From Acidimicrobiia bacterium (GTDB taxonomy: Bacteria; Actinomycetota; Acidimicrobiia; IMCC26256; JACDBD01), in contig DASPXI010000030.1 of the NCBI GenBank assembly GCA_035637335.1, positions 634-64,633 on the forward strand: a stretch of 64,000 nt of DNA, in the 5' to 3' direction. Below the pieces are notes generated by a model that was not told the DNA's origin, did not search any database, and saw nothing but the letters and a program-made list of their open reading frames with translations. The translations under genes and the position numbers were made by a program. Below are positions 1 through 8,117 of this stretch, one piece after another (the first letter of the stretch is position 1; the number at the start of each line of letters is the position of its first letter).

Positions 1-4
1 ACGC

Positions 5-571
5 ATGGGCAGGCGTGACTACGAGAACGAGGCCGCGACCGCCGCCGTGGACGGGCATCTCTCGGAGCCGGTGGTACGGGCGCTGATCGTGGGCGCGGCC
101 GGCAGCCAGGAAGGAACGCTCGGCGGCGCGCTCAAGTCGCTATTCGGGCGGTCGCGCCGCAAGTCGGGCCTGCGACACCAGAATGCGCTCGTCCTCACGC
201 CCAGCTCCATCCGCGTGTTCACCTGCACGGGCGGCCGCGCCTGGCCGCCGGAAGTCGATGAAGAAGTCGGCGCGTGGCCCGTGACGGACGTGAAGGTCTC
301 GGCAGAAGCGGCCGAGAAGTGGGCGGCGTTCTCGGCGACCGAGAGCGGCTCGCAGACGAACCGCTTCTACAACATCGCCCTCACGGTGCCCGACGCCGAG
401 GAGCCGGTCGTGGTCCAGGTCACGCGTACGGATTCGGCGCGGGCCACGATCCAGGCGCTCGAAGACGCGACCGGCAGCAAGCCGTCACGGATCACCGCCC
501 GCCGCCGCAAGAAGCAGCAGCGCGAGGCGGCGGAGCACGAGGAGTCGGCCCGCGCAGAGGAAGCTGACTAG
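5..571 (+). CDS. hypothetical protein with a charged Lys/Arg/Glu-rich C-terminal tail; the frame is open to the window edge, so the N-terminus may be incomplete
   Basis: 188-aa ORF with non-repetitive, protein-like composition. Its stop shares a CTAG with the convergent SDR gene. No family recognised. Confidence 0.45.
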   Translation: MGRRDYENEAATAAVDGHLSEPVVRALIVGAAGSQEGTLGGALKSLFGRSRRKSGLRHQNALVLTPSSIRVFTCTGGRAWPPEVDEEVGAWPVTDVKVSAEAAEKWAAFSATESGSQTNRFYNIALTVPDAEEPVVVQVTRTDSARATIQALEDATGSKPSRITARRRKKQQREAAEHEESARAEEAD

Positions 572-1332
572 CTGCTGGCGCGGCGGCTGCGCAGGTACTC
601 GATCGAGCCCCGGAGGAACCCGTCCGGGTCGGCGACTTTGCCGGCGACGATCTCCTGGAACCACGTCGGCACGTAGATCTCGAAGGTGCCCGAGTCGAGC
701 TGGTCGACGACGGGCTGCACGAGGGCGTCGACGGGAAGCGCCATGCTCATGTCGGCGATGGGCTCGTCGTTGTCGGGCAGCCGGAACAGCTCGGTGTCGA
801 TGATGCCCGGGTTCACGACGTGGACCTTCACGCCGGTGTCGGCGAGGTCGACCGCCATCGCCTCGGAGAAGGCTGTCAGCGCCGCCTTGGACGCGGCGTA
901 CGCCGCCTCCGTCCCCGGACCGAGCCGCGCCGCGACCGACGAGATGTTCACGATGCGCCCGCTCCGCTCGACGAGACCGGGAAGGAGGGCGAGCGTCAGT
1001 CGCACGGGCGACAAGTAGTTGAGCGCCATCACGGCCTCGACCACGGCGGGTGCCAGCTTGGTGACGGGACGGCGCTTCGGGATGCCGGCGTTGTTCACGA
1101 GCACGTCGATCCCACCCAGCTCGTCATCGGCGCGGCGCGCGAACGCTTCCACGCCGTCGATCTCCGACAGGTCGACGACCCACGAGCGCGACTCGGGGGA
1201 GTGCTTGTGGACCCGTTCGAGCACGTCGCGCAGGCGGTCCTCACGCCGCGCGCAGATGCCGACAACCGCGCCGCGTTCGGCGAAGCTCTCGGCGAGCGCG
1301 GCGCCGATGCCCGACGACGCGCCCGTGATCAA
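568..1332 (-). CDS. SDR family oxidoreductase
   Basis: TGASSGIG cofactor motif, NNAG, and YAASKAA catalytic Tyr/Lys. The conserved KKVLITG strand lies upstream of the first canonical start (TTG 1332), so the true start may be the near-cognate CTG at 1371. Confidence 0.85.
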   Translation of the reverse strand: MITGASSGIGAALAESFAERGAVVGICARREDRLRDVLERVHKHSPESRSWVVDLSEIDGVEAFARRADDELGGIDVLVNNAGIPKRRPVTKLAPAVVEAVMALNYLSPVRLTLALLPGLVERSGRIVNISSVAARLGPGTEAAYAASKAALTAFSEAMAVDLADTGVKVHVVNPGIIDTELFRLPDNDEPIADMSMALPVDALVQPVVDQLDSGTFEIYVPTWFQEIVAGKVADPDGFLRGSIEYLRSRRASS

Positions 1333-1464
1333 GACCTTCTTGCTTGCAAGTGAGTAGCTCGTGCCGGGCAGCTTACGAGGGCGGTAGCCTGCGCCGCCGC
1401 GGCGACGGCGGCTTTGCCGACCGTCGCCGCAAAGCCGGAGCTTGCGACGGCGACAAGGAGAGAA

Positions 1465-2244
1465 ATGCCGCTCGAACCGTCTGCTGCACTACTGACCGAT
1501 CGCGTTGCAGTGGTCACGGGGGCAGCCGTCGGTATCGGCGAGGCGATCGCGCTCGCCTTCGCCAACTTCGGCGCCCACCTCGCGATCTGTGACCGCGACG
1601 TTCCCAACCTCGATCAGACCGCAGACGCGATCGAAGCCACGGGGCGGCGCGTCGTCGCGGCGGAGCTCGACGTGCGCGAGTCCGAGCAGGTCGACGGCTT
1701 CCTCGGTGTCGTGGGCGAGCAGTTCGGGCGCGTCGACGTCCTCGTGAACAACGCCGGCGGCGGCTTTCAGGCTGCGTACCTCGACGTGAACGCCAAGGGG
1801 CAGGACTCTCTGATACGCGAGAACTTCGTGAGCGTCACGCATTTGATTCGGGGCGTCGTCCCGTTGATGGCCGACTCCGGCGGCTCGATCGTGAACCTCA
1901 CATCGATCGAGGCGCACCGCGCCGCGCCCGGCTACGCGGTGTACGCGGCGATGAAGGCCGCCGTCGCGAACCTCACCAAGACGCTCGCACTCGAGCTGGG
2001 TGATCGCATGATTCGGGTCAATTGCATAGCGCCCGACGTGATTCCCACACCCGGCATCGGTGCGGATCTCCCGATGAACACGCCGCTGCCTCGGCGCGGT
2101 CATGTCGACGACGTCGCTGCCGCGGCCGTCTACCTGGCCAGTGACCTCGGCCGGTTCGTTTCCGGTACCACGATCCACGTCGATGGCGGCAACTACGCCG
2201 CCGGGGGATGGCGCCGCGCCGACGACGGGAGTTTCACGACGTGA
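1465..2244 (+). CDS. SDR family oxidoreductase
   Basis: VTGAAVGIG, NNAGG and YAAMKAA motifs. ATG 1465 is preceded by AAGGAGAG. The track ORF begins at 1414, but the RBS favours 1465. Confidence 0.85.
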   Translation: MPLEPSAALLTDRVAVVTGAAVGIGEAIALAFANFGAHLAICDRDVPNLDQTADAIEATGRRVVAAELDVRESEQVDGFLGVVGEQFGRVDVLVNNAGGGFQAAYLDVNAKGQDSLIRENFVSVTHLIRGVVPLMADSGGSIVNLTSIEAHRAAPGYAVYAAMKAAVANLTKTLALELGDRMIRVNCIAPDVIPTPGIGADLPMNTPLPRRGHVDDVAAAAVYLASDLGRFVSGTTIHVDGGNYAAGGWRRADDGSFTT

Positions 2245-3092
2245 AGTTCGGGATCGCCCTCGGCGCGCTCAATGCCCATTTCCACTTCGACGTCACGGAC
2301 GAGGCGGAGCGGCTCGGCTACGAGTCGGTCTGGCTGCCCGAGCACCTCGTGCTCCCCGTGCGGATGAGCCGGTCGCCGCATCCGGGGGAGGAGCACCCGC
2401 CCGTGCCGCCGACCACGCCGGTCTTCGACGCGTTCACGTACCTCGGCTACCTCGCCGGCCGCACCCGGCATGTGCGGCTGGGCACGCACGTGTACAACAT
2501 CGGGCTCCGCCATCCGTTCATCGCCGCGCGAGCCGTGCAGACTCTCGACGTCGTGTCCGGCGGCCGGATCGAGTTCGGTGTGGGGGCGAGCTGGCTCGGA
2601 GAGGAGTGGCGCGCCGCCGGACTCGACTTCGAGTCCCGGGGGCGCCGTGTCGACGAAGCCCTCGAGGTGTGCAAGCGGCTGTGGAGCGAGCCGGAGGTCG
2701 CGCACGAAGGTGAGTTCTTCCGCTTCGACGCGGTCGCGTTCGAGCCCAAGCCGGTCCAACAGCCGTGGCCGCCGATCCTGATCGGCGGCGAAAGCCCCGC
2801 GGCGCTGCGCCGCGCGGCGCGCCTCGGTGACGGCTGGATCGGCATGGGCCACACACTGGAGACGGCGGCCGCCCCGATCGAGCGCCTGCGTGAGCTACGA
2901 CGCGAGTACGGGCGCGACGACGCGTCGTTCCAGATCTGCTTGGGCGGACCGGTCGAGAAACACGACGACGTGAAGCGCTGGGAAGAGCTGGGTGTGACTC
3001 GACTCCTCGTGTCGCCGTGGCGTCGCTCGCCCGAGGCGATCGACGGATTGCGTCGATTCGCCGAGCTGGTCGGGCTCGGGCCGCTCGGCTAG
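2241..3092 (+). CDS. LLM-class (luciferase-like) F420-dependent oxidoreductase
   Basis: VKFGIAL...LGYESVWLPEHL...GGRIEFGVGASW...PKPVQQPWPPILIGG pattern typical of the family. GTG 2241 overlaps the upstream TGA (GTGA). Confidence 0.8.
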   Translation: MKFGIALGALNAHFHFDVTDEAERLGYESVWLPEHLVLPVRMSRSPHPGEEHPPVPPTTPVFDAFTYLGYLAGRTRHVRLGTHVYNIGLRHPFIAARAVQTLDVVSGGRIEFGVGASWLGEEWRAAGLDFESRGRRVDEALEVCKRLWSEPEVAHEGEFFRFDAVAFEPKPVQQPWPPILIGGESPAALRRAARLGDGWIGMGHTLETAAAPIERLRELRREYGRDDASFQICLGGPVEKHDDVKRWEELGVTRLLVSPWRRSPEAIDGLRRFAELVGLGPLG

Positions 3093-3100
3093 CCGGACAC

Positions 3101-3144
3101 GATGCGGTCTCTCAACTTCGCTATGCGAAGTTGAGAGACGCATC
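3101..3144. terminator. 20-bp stem / 3-nt loop hairpin between convergent genes; probable bidirectional terminator without a U-tract
   Basis: gatgcggtctctcaacttcgc-tat-gcgaagttgagagacgcatc pairs perfectly apart from one bulged G. It overlaps the stop codon of the minus-strand gene. Confidence 0.7.
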
Positions 3145-3916
3145 AGGACTCACGCAACAGCGCGCCGGGGTGGCGGGCGAAGTCGCGGATGCTGCCTCGA
3201 TTGCGAAACGCGACGGGCATCACCGACGGCTGCATCGTGTAGCAGACGCCGCCCATCATCGGGCCGAGCTCAGCGGCCGAGTCGTAGGCCTCCAGGTCCA
3301 TGCCCCGGCCCATGCCGATCTCGCAGGCCCGGCGCAACACGATCGCGGCCTCGGCCGTCTCGGGGTCGAACGTCTCGTCCGCCCACCGGAAGAAGCCGCC
3401 TCGCCACGGCGCCCTGTCGTACGGCGGACAGTCGACGAGCCGGGGCCGGCCGTCCCGCCACGACAGCGTCCACGCCAGCACCAGCTCGCCGTCGCGCCAC
3501 AGGCGCGGCGCTGTCATTCCGTCGACGGCGGGCGGGAGCTCGGCGTCGTATTGGCGCCGCCCGAGCCGCCGAGCAGCGTGGCTGACGCACAGGCCGGCGA
3601 GGTCGAACTGGTGGGTGCAGTTCATGCGCGGGTCGGCCACTGCGGCGATCGCAGTGCACCGAAGGGACAGCGGCATCCCCACGATCGGCGGCAGCTGGGA
3701 GGCCGCGTCGGGGCACGTGGCCCACGGCCAGCGCCGGGAGCGGGCCTCGATGCCGGTCACGCGTTCGCCGTCGTGGCGCAGCGTCACCTCGAAGTGGTGG
3801 AAGTCGTCCTCGAGCCCGCCCTCCACGACGCCGTTCTCCACCGTGGTCGTTCGGATCCGCCGCCGGTAGGACCCGCCAGGATCGCCGACGCGGACGACCG
3901 GCGCGTCGTCGCTCAC
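3143..3916 (-). CDS. DUF2889-like protein
   Basis: GLEDDFHHFEVTLRHDG...CP...CTHQFDL pattern recalled for DUF2889. GTG 3916 forms a GTGA overlap with the upstream synthetase stop. The track ORF 3143-4168 is over-extended. Confidence 0.6.
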   Translation of the reverse strand: MSDDAPVVRVGDPGGSYRRRIRTTTVENGVVEGGLEDDFHHFEVTLRHDGERVTGIEARSRRWPWATCPDAASQLPPIVGMPLSLRCTAIAAVADPRMNCTHQFDLAGLCVSHAARRLGRRQYDAELPPAVDGMTAPRLWRDGELVLAWTLSWRDGRPRLVDCPPYDRAPWRGGFFRWADETFDPETAEAAIVLRRACEIGMGRGMDLEAYDSAAELGPMMGGVCYTMQPSVMPVAFRNRGSIRDFARHPGALLRES

Positions 3917-5484
3917 GCGCTCCGGTTCCTGCCACCCGGGTAGCCGCCCCCGCCGAACTGGGCGTCGAGGGCGTCGTAATCGACCGCGAAGCCCTGGCGG
4001 GGCAGCTTCTCGACGAACTCCACCGTGCGCGGCTTCTTGTACGACGCGATGTGCGTACGCGAGTGCTCGATGATGTCGTCGGCGGTCGCGGTCGTGCCGT
4101 CCTTCAGGACGACGATCGCCTTCACGCACTGCGTCCACCGTTTGTCGGGCACGCCGATGACCGCGCACTCGGCGATGGCGGGATGCTTGGCGATGGCGCC
4201 CTCGACCTCGGCCGGGTAGATGTTCTCCGCCGCCGACTTGATCATGCGCGTCGCCGGCCCGATGAACGTGATCGTCCCGTCGGTCTCACGCCGGCCGAGG
4301 TCGTTCGTGTGATGCCAGCCGTAGCGTTGACGGCGCGCGTTCTCCTCGGGGCGGTTCCAATAGCCGTTCATGACGGTCGGCCCACGCGCCACGATCTCGC
4401 CCGTCTCACCCTGCGGCACCTCCTGGTCGTTCGGGTCGACGATTCGGACCTGGACGACCGGCGACGGGCGGCCGTGCGTACCGACCGCGGCGTCGGCGAG
4501 CGTGTTGAACGTCAACATGCCCATGACCTCGGTCTGGCCGTAGCCGCCCGGATTACGCGCCCACGGGCTCGTGTCGATGGTGATCATCTCGTTCCATGCG
4601 CGCTTGCCGCGGAAGCCGCGCAGTGTCTTGAGGTCGTAACGGTGGTCCTTGTTCACTTCGAGGATCTGCTCGAGGGTCGGCCCCATGAGGAACGCGCCCG
4701 TGCAGCGCTCCGCCTCGATGAGCCGGCACAGCTCCTCGGCGTCGACCCGCCGGCTGAACACGTTGGTGCCGCCGGCGACGAACGTCGCCAGCGTGGTCAT
4801 GAACGTGGCGATGTGAAACAGGGGACCACAGTTCAAGTACACGTAGTCGGCACCGATGTCGGCGAGGTGCCCCATCACGACGCCCTGGGTGATGAGCGCG
4901 GTGTGGCTGAGCATGGCGCCGTTGGGACGGCCGCTGAAGGCAGCCGTGTAGATGAGGAGTAGCGACGCCGCCGGATCGATGAGGTCTCCGCGGTCGACGC
5001 TCGGCGCGTCGGCCATGAACTGCTCGTAGCTCCCGTCGCCGTCGGCGTCGTGCCGGAGCCACAACGCCGAAGATCCCGCGAGCTCGCGAGCGCTACGGAC
5101 GGCGTCGCCGATCTCCTCGTCCTGCCAGATGACGACCTTGGCGTCGACGTCGTCGATGGCGAACGCCATCTCGTCGGCGCTCTGGCGCCAATTGGCGGGG
5201 CAGAACATCGCACCGAGCTTCGCCGCCGCCGCCAGCCCTTCGACGACGCGGAACGAGTTCTGGCCCAGCCACAGCAGCCGGTCACCGGGACCGACCCCGG
5301 CGGTGGCCAAGGCGTGCCCGAGCCGGTTCGCGCGGTCGTCGAGCTCGGTGTAGGTGAGCCGGACGTCGCGGCCGAAGTCGCGATCGACGACGGCGGGCTT
5401 CTGGGGCCAGCTTCGCCGGTGCTCGCGCAGCACGTCGGCGAACGTGAGCCCGTGCAGCACGTCCACCGCGGCATCTTCCCACAT
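3913..5484 (-). CDS. acyl-CoA synthetase (AMP-binding family)
   Basis: The C-terminal 523 aa of track ORF 3913-6657 are real. Evidence is the YTAAFSGRPNGA P-loop variant, GYGQTE and HTNDLGRRETDG...RMIKSAAENIYPAEVE. The ATG at 5484 (MWEDAAV) lies opposite the divergent gene at 5536. Confidence 0.85.
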   Translation of the reverse strand: MWEDAAVDVLHGLTFADVLREHRRSWPQKPAVVDRDFGRDVRLTYTELDDRANRLGHALATAGVGPGDRLLWLGQNSFRVVEGLAAAAKLGAMFCPANWRQSADEMAFAIDDVDAKVVIWQDEEIGDAVRSARELAGSSALWLRHDADGDGSYEQFMADAPSVDRGDLIDPAASLLLIYTAAFSGRPNGAMLSHTALITQGVVMGHLADIGADYVYLNCGPLFHIATFMTTLATFVAGGTNVFSRRVDAEELCRLIEAERCTGAFLMGPTLEQILEVNKDHRYDLKTLRGFRGKRAWNEMITIDTSPWARNPGGYGQTEVMGMLTFNTLADAAVGTHGRPSPVVQVRIVDPNDQEVPQGETGEIVARGPTVMNGYWNRPEENARRQRYGWHHTNDLGRRETDGTITFIGPATRMIKSAAENIYPAEVEGAIAKHPAIAECAVIGVPDKRWTQCVKAIVVLKDGTTATADDIIEHSRTHIASYKKPRTVEFVEKLPRQGFAVDYDALDAQFGGGGYPGGRNRSA

Positions 5485-5488
5485 GCAC

Positions 5489-5504
5489 CTGACACCAGTG
5501 TCAG
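5489..5504. promoter_or_regulatory. palindromic operator candidate CTGAC-N6-GTCAG
   Basis: caCCTGACaccagtGTCAGcc lies in the 51-bp divergent intergenic region, 5 nt from the synthetase ATG. Confidence 0.6.
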
Positions 5505-5535
5505 CCGCGCGTGGTGACGGGTATCCTCCCCGCGC

Positions 5536-6699
5536 ATGAACGCTACGGAAGTCATCGACTGCGACCAGCACCTGTTCGAGTCGCGAACACTGTGGGCCGA
5601 CTACTCCGACCCGAGCGATCGCGACAAGGCGCTCCAGATCGTGGACGACGAGGCCGGCAATGCTTGGCTGCGTTGGCAGGGCCGCCGCATGGTGCTCGCG
5701 GACGTGACCATTCCCGGCGAGACCGACGAGGTCGGTGCCCGGCTCCAGCGCGCGTTGGCGGGAAAGCCGCCCGAGCACCGGTACGACGACATCCTCCCGG
5801 TCGAGTACTGGCAACCGAGCGCTCGCGTCTCCGAGCTCGACCGTCTCGGTCTCGCGGAGGCGTTCCTGTTCCCGAACTATGGGCTCGTGTGGGAGCACAA
5901 CCTGGTCGGTGACCTCGAGGCCTCGAAGACGAACATGGGCGCGTGGAACCGCTGGGCGCTCGAGGTCGCGGCCGAGGGCAAGGGCCGGTTGCACCCTGTC
6001 GCGCACCTGACGCTCCGCGACCTCGACTGGCTCGATCAGCAGCTCACGGCGCTGGCTTCCGGCGGAGTCCGGCTGGCGATGATCGCGCCGGCGCTCGTCG
6101 ACGGTCGCCCGCTCTCGCACCCTGACCTCGACCGCGCCTGGGCTGCGTTCATCGAGCACGACGTCGCGCCTGTATTCCATGTCGCCAATCAGCAACGGCC
6201 GTTCGACGAGGCCTGGTACGCCTCCGACCCCGAGCCGACGAACCCCGTGTTGTCGTCGGTGTTCCTCTGGGTGCCGGCCGCGCTCGCCATCTCGGACCTG
6301 GTCGTGAACGGCGTGCTCGAACGCCGCCCCGAGCTGCGCATCGGCGTCATCGAGCTGTCGGCGGTCTGGATGCCGATGTTCCTCATGTACCTCGACGGCG
6401 GCGTGCGGTTCGTCACCCGACTGCACGGCAAGGCGGTGGCCGAAGTGCCGTTGGCGCCCAGCGAGTACGTGCGCCGCCAGGTGCGTGTCGCGGCGTTTTC
6501 GTATGAGCGTCCCGAGCGGCTGATCCAGCGCGTCGGCGACTTGTTCATGTGCTGCAGCGACTACCCGCACTCCGAAGGGACCGCGCACCCGCTCGACGAC
6601 TACCGGGCTCTCGACGACACGACTTCCGATCCCGCGAGCGCGCGCGGGCTGTACCACGACAACGCGGCGTGGCTGCTCGGGCGGGGCAACGGCGCGTGA
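5536..6699 (+). CDS. amidohydrolase_2 (ACMSD-like TIM-barrel metal hydrolase) family protein
   Basis: N-terminal VIDCDQHLFE metal motif and C-terminal CCSDYPHSEG motif. 387 aa. Confidence 0.8.
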   Translation: MNATEVIDCDQHLFESRTLWADYSDPSDRDKALQIVDDEAGNAWLRWQGRRMVLADVTIPGETDEVGARLQRALAGKPPEHRYDDILPVEYWQPSARVSELDRLGLAEAFLFPNYGLVWEHNLVGDLEASKTNMGAWNRWALEVAAEGKGRLHPVAHLTLRDLDWLDQQLTALASGGVRLAMIAPALVDGRPLSHPDLDRAWAAFIEHDVAPVFHVANQQRPFDEAWYASDPEPTNPVLSSVFLWVPAALAISDLVVNGVLERRPELRIGVIELSAVWMPMFLMYLDGGVRFVTRLHGKAVAEVPLAPSEYVRRQVRVAAFSYERPERLIQRVGDLFMCCSDYPHSEGTAHPLDDYRALDDTTSDPASARGLYHDNAAWLLGRGNGA

Positions 6700-7589
6700 C
6701 GACGGCCAACGCCGAGTTCGAGTTCCTCGCTCCTCGCCACGACGTTCCCACCGGCGGCCGCAGCGGCTTCACGATCGTCGACGAGCGACAGGTCCACTAC
6801 CTCGAGTGGGGCCCCAGCTCGGCGCGCCCGGTCGTCTGCCTGCACGGCGGCGGCCAGACCGCGTACATGTGGGAGGAGCTGGGCGCGACCTTGGCGCCCA
6901 CGCACCACGTGCTCGCGCCCGACCTGCCTGGTCACGGCGATTCGGACCCCATCGACGAGATGGACCGCCATTCGCTCGCGGCCACGATCCCGCCGCTCTT
7001 GCACGAGTTCGGCCTAGAGCGCGCCGCGTTCGTCGGCGCGTCGTTGGGCGGGATCGTGAGCCTCACGCTAGCCGCCCGGAAGCCCGAGGTTGCCGTTGCC
7101 ATCGCGCTCATCGACATCGGCCATCGACTCGAGGACGAGGGCGTCAATCGCATCATCGACTTCATGACGCGCCACGAGTCGTTCGGCTCGCTCGAGGAGG
7201 CGGCGGCCGAGGTGGCGCAGTACCTGCCGCATCGCAGGCAGGTGAAGGTCGACAACCTACGTCGCAACCTTCGTCAACGTCCCGACGGGCGGTGGGAATG
7301 GAAGCACTCGTACGGGCGGCGCCTGCGCTCCGCCGGGCAGCCACCGGGCGGATGGCGCCAGCTGCTCGCCGGTCTCGATTCCGAGGTCACCGGGCTCACG
7401 TGCCCGGTGCTCGTCTTGCGGGGCGCGAAGAGCGATGTGCTCTCGAGCGAGGGCGCCGAGGAGGTCGCTGCGTTGATTCCCGACGCGCGCCTGGCAACGG
7501 TCGGCAGCGCCGGTCATCACGCCGCCGGCGACAACCCCGAGACGACGGTCAGCCTCGTGCGGGCGTTCCTGTCCGAGACCGGTTGGTGA
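6696..7589 (+). CDS. alpha/beta hydrolase
   Basis: VVCLHGGGQTAYMW, PDLPGHGDS and the nucleophile elbow GASLGG. GTG 6696 overlaps the upstream TGA (GTGA). Confidence 0.8.
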   Translation: MTTANAEFEFLAPRHDVPTGGRSGFTIVDERQVHYLEWGPSSARPVVCLHGGGQTAYMWEELGATLAPTHHVLAPDLPGHGDSDPIDEMDRHSLAATIPPLLHEFGLERAAFVGASLGGIVSLTLAARKPEVAVAIALIDIGHRLEDEGVNRIIDFMTRHESFGSLEEAAAEVAQYLPHRRQVKVDNLRRNLRQRPDGRWEWKHSYGRRLRSAGQPPGGWRQLLAGLDSEVTGLTCPVLVLRGAKSDVLSSEGAEEVAALIPDARLATVGSAGHHAAGDNPETTVSLVRAFLSETGW

Positions 7590-8117
7590 CCGCGAAAGCA
7601 GTCGGCTCGACCGGGAACCCGACCGACGCCTGGAGGCGTTCGCTCTCGGCCCACAGCCGATCGGCGATGCCGTCGTCACGGGCTGCCCTGCTCATGCGGC
7701 GAGGGCGGCGGCGCACCCAGAAGCCACCCGTCCTGCCCTCCAGTGAGGGAGCAGGGCCGTCAGGTAGAAGTGGCCGAGGTGGTTGACGCCGAACGTCTGC
7801 TCGAAGCCCTGCACGGTCGTGCGCCGCTCCGTCCAAATCCCGCCGGCGTTGTTGATCATCACATCGAGGCGTGTCCATAACCGCTTGATCTCTTCGGCGC
7901 ACGCGCGGACGGTTGCCAGGTCGGCGAGATCGAGCCTGACGACGTGGACGTCGTCGTTCCCGGACCGTTCCCTCACGTCGGAGGCGGCAGCAGCGGCCTT
8001 GTCCTGGGTGCGGCAGGCCAGGACGACGGGGGCGCCCATCGACGCCAGCGCCACCGCGGTCTCTTTGCCGATACCGATGTTCGACCCGGTGATGGCGACG
8101 ACCTTGCCGTCCATCAT
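7549..8117 (-). pseudogene. SDR remnant (retinol-dehydrogenase-like) with a large internal deletion
   Basis: The N-terminal 120 aa are intact (VAITGSNIGIGKE...INNAGG...GVNHLGHFYLTALL). The frame then changes near 7750 and only the family C-terminal tail remains (EGRTGGFWVRRRP...ARDDGIADRLWAESERL). The catalytic Ser/Tyr/Lys region is absent. Confidence 0.7.

Noticed and set aside
3017-3943. Long antisense or alternative-frame ORFs throughout the window, for example 3017-3943(+), 13565-15283(+), 24570-26483(+), 29304-32006(+), 39159-40475(+), 52529-55057(-, upstream part) and 62649-63854(-)
   Set aside because: They have Arg/Pro/Gly/Ala-dominated, low-complexity translations with no recognisable motifs. 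Each overlaps a motif-rich gene on the other strand or frame. This is the usual stop-codon-poor artefact of very GC-rich DNA.
3913-6657. A 914-aa ORF treated as one giant synthetase
   Set aside because: Only the C-terminal 523 aa (from ATG 5484) have AMP-binding motifs. The upstream 391 aa are antisense to the well-supported amidohydrolase gene at 5536-6699.
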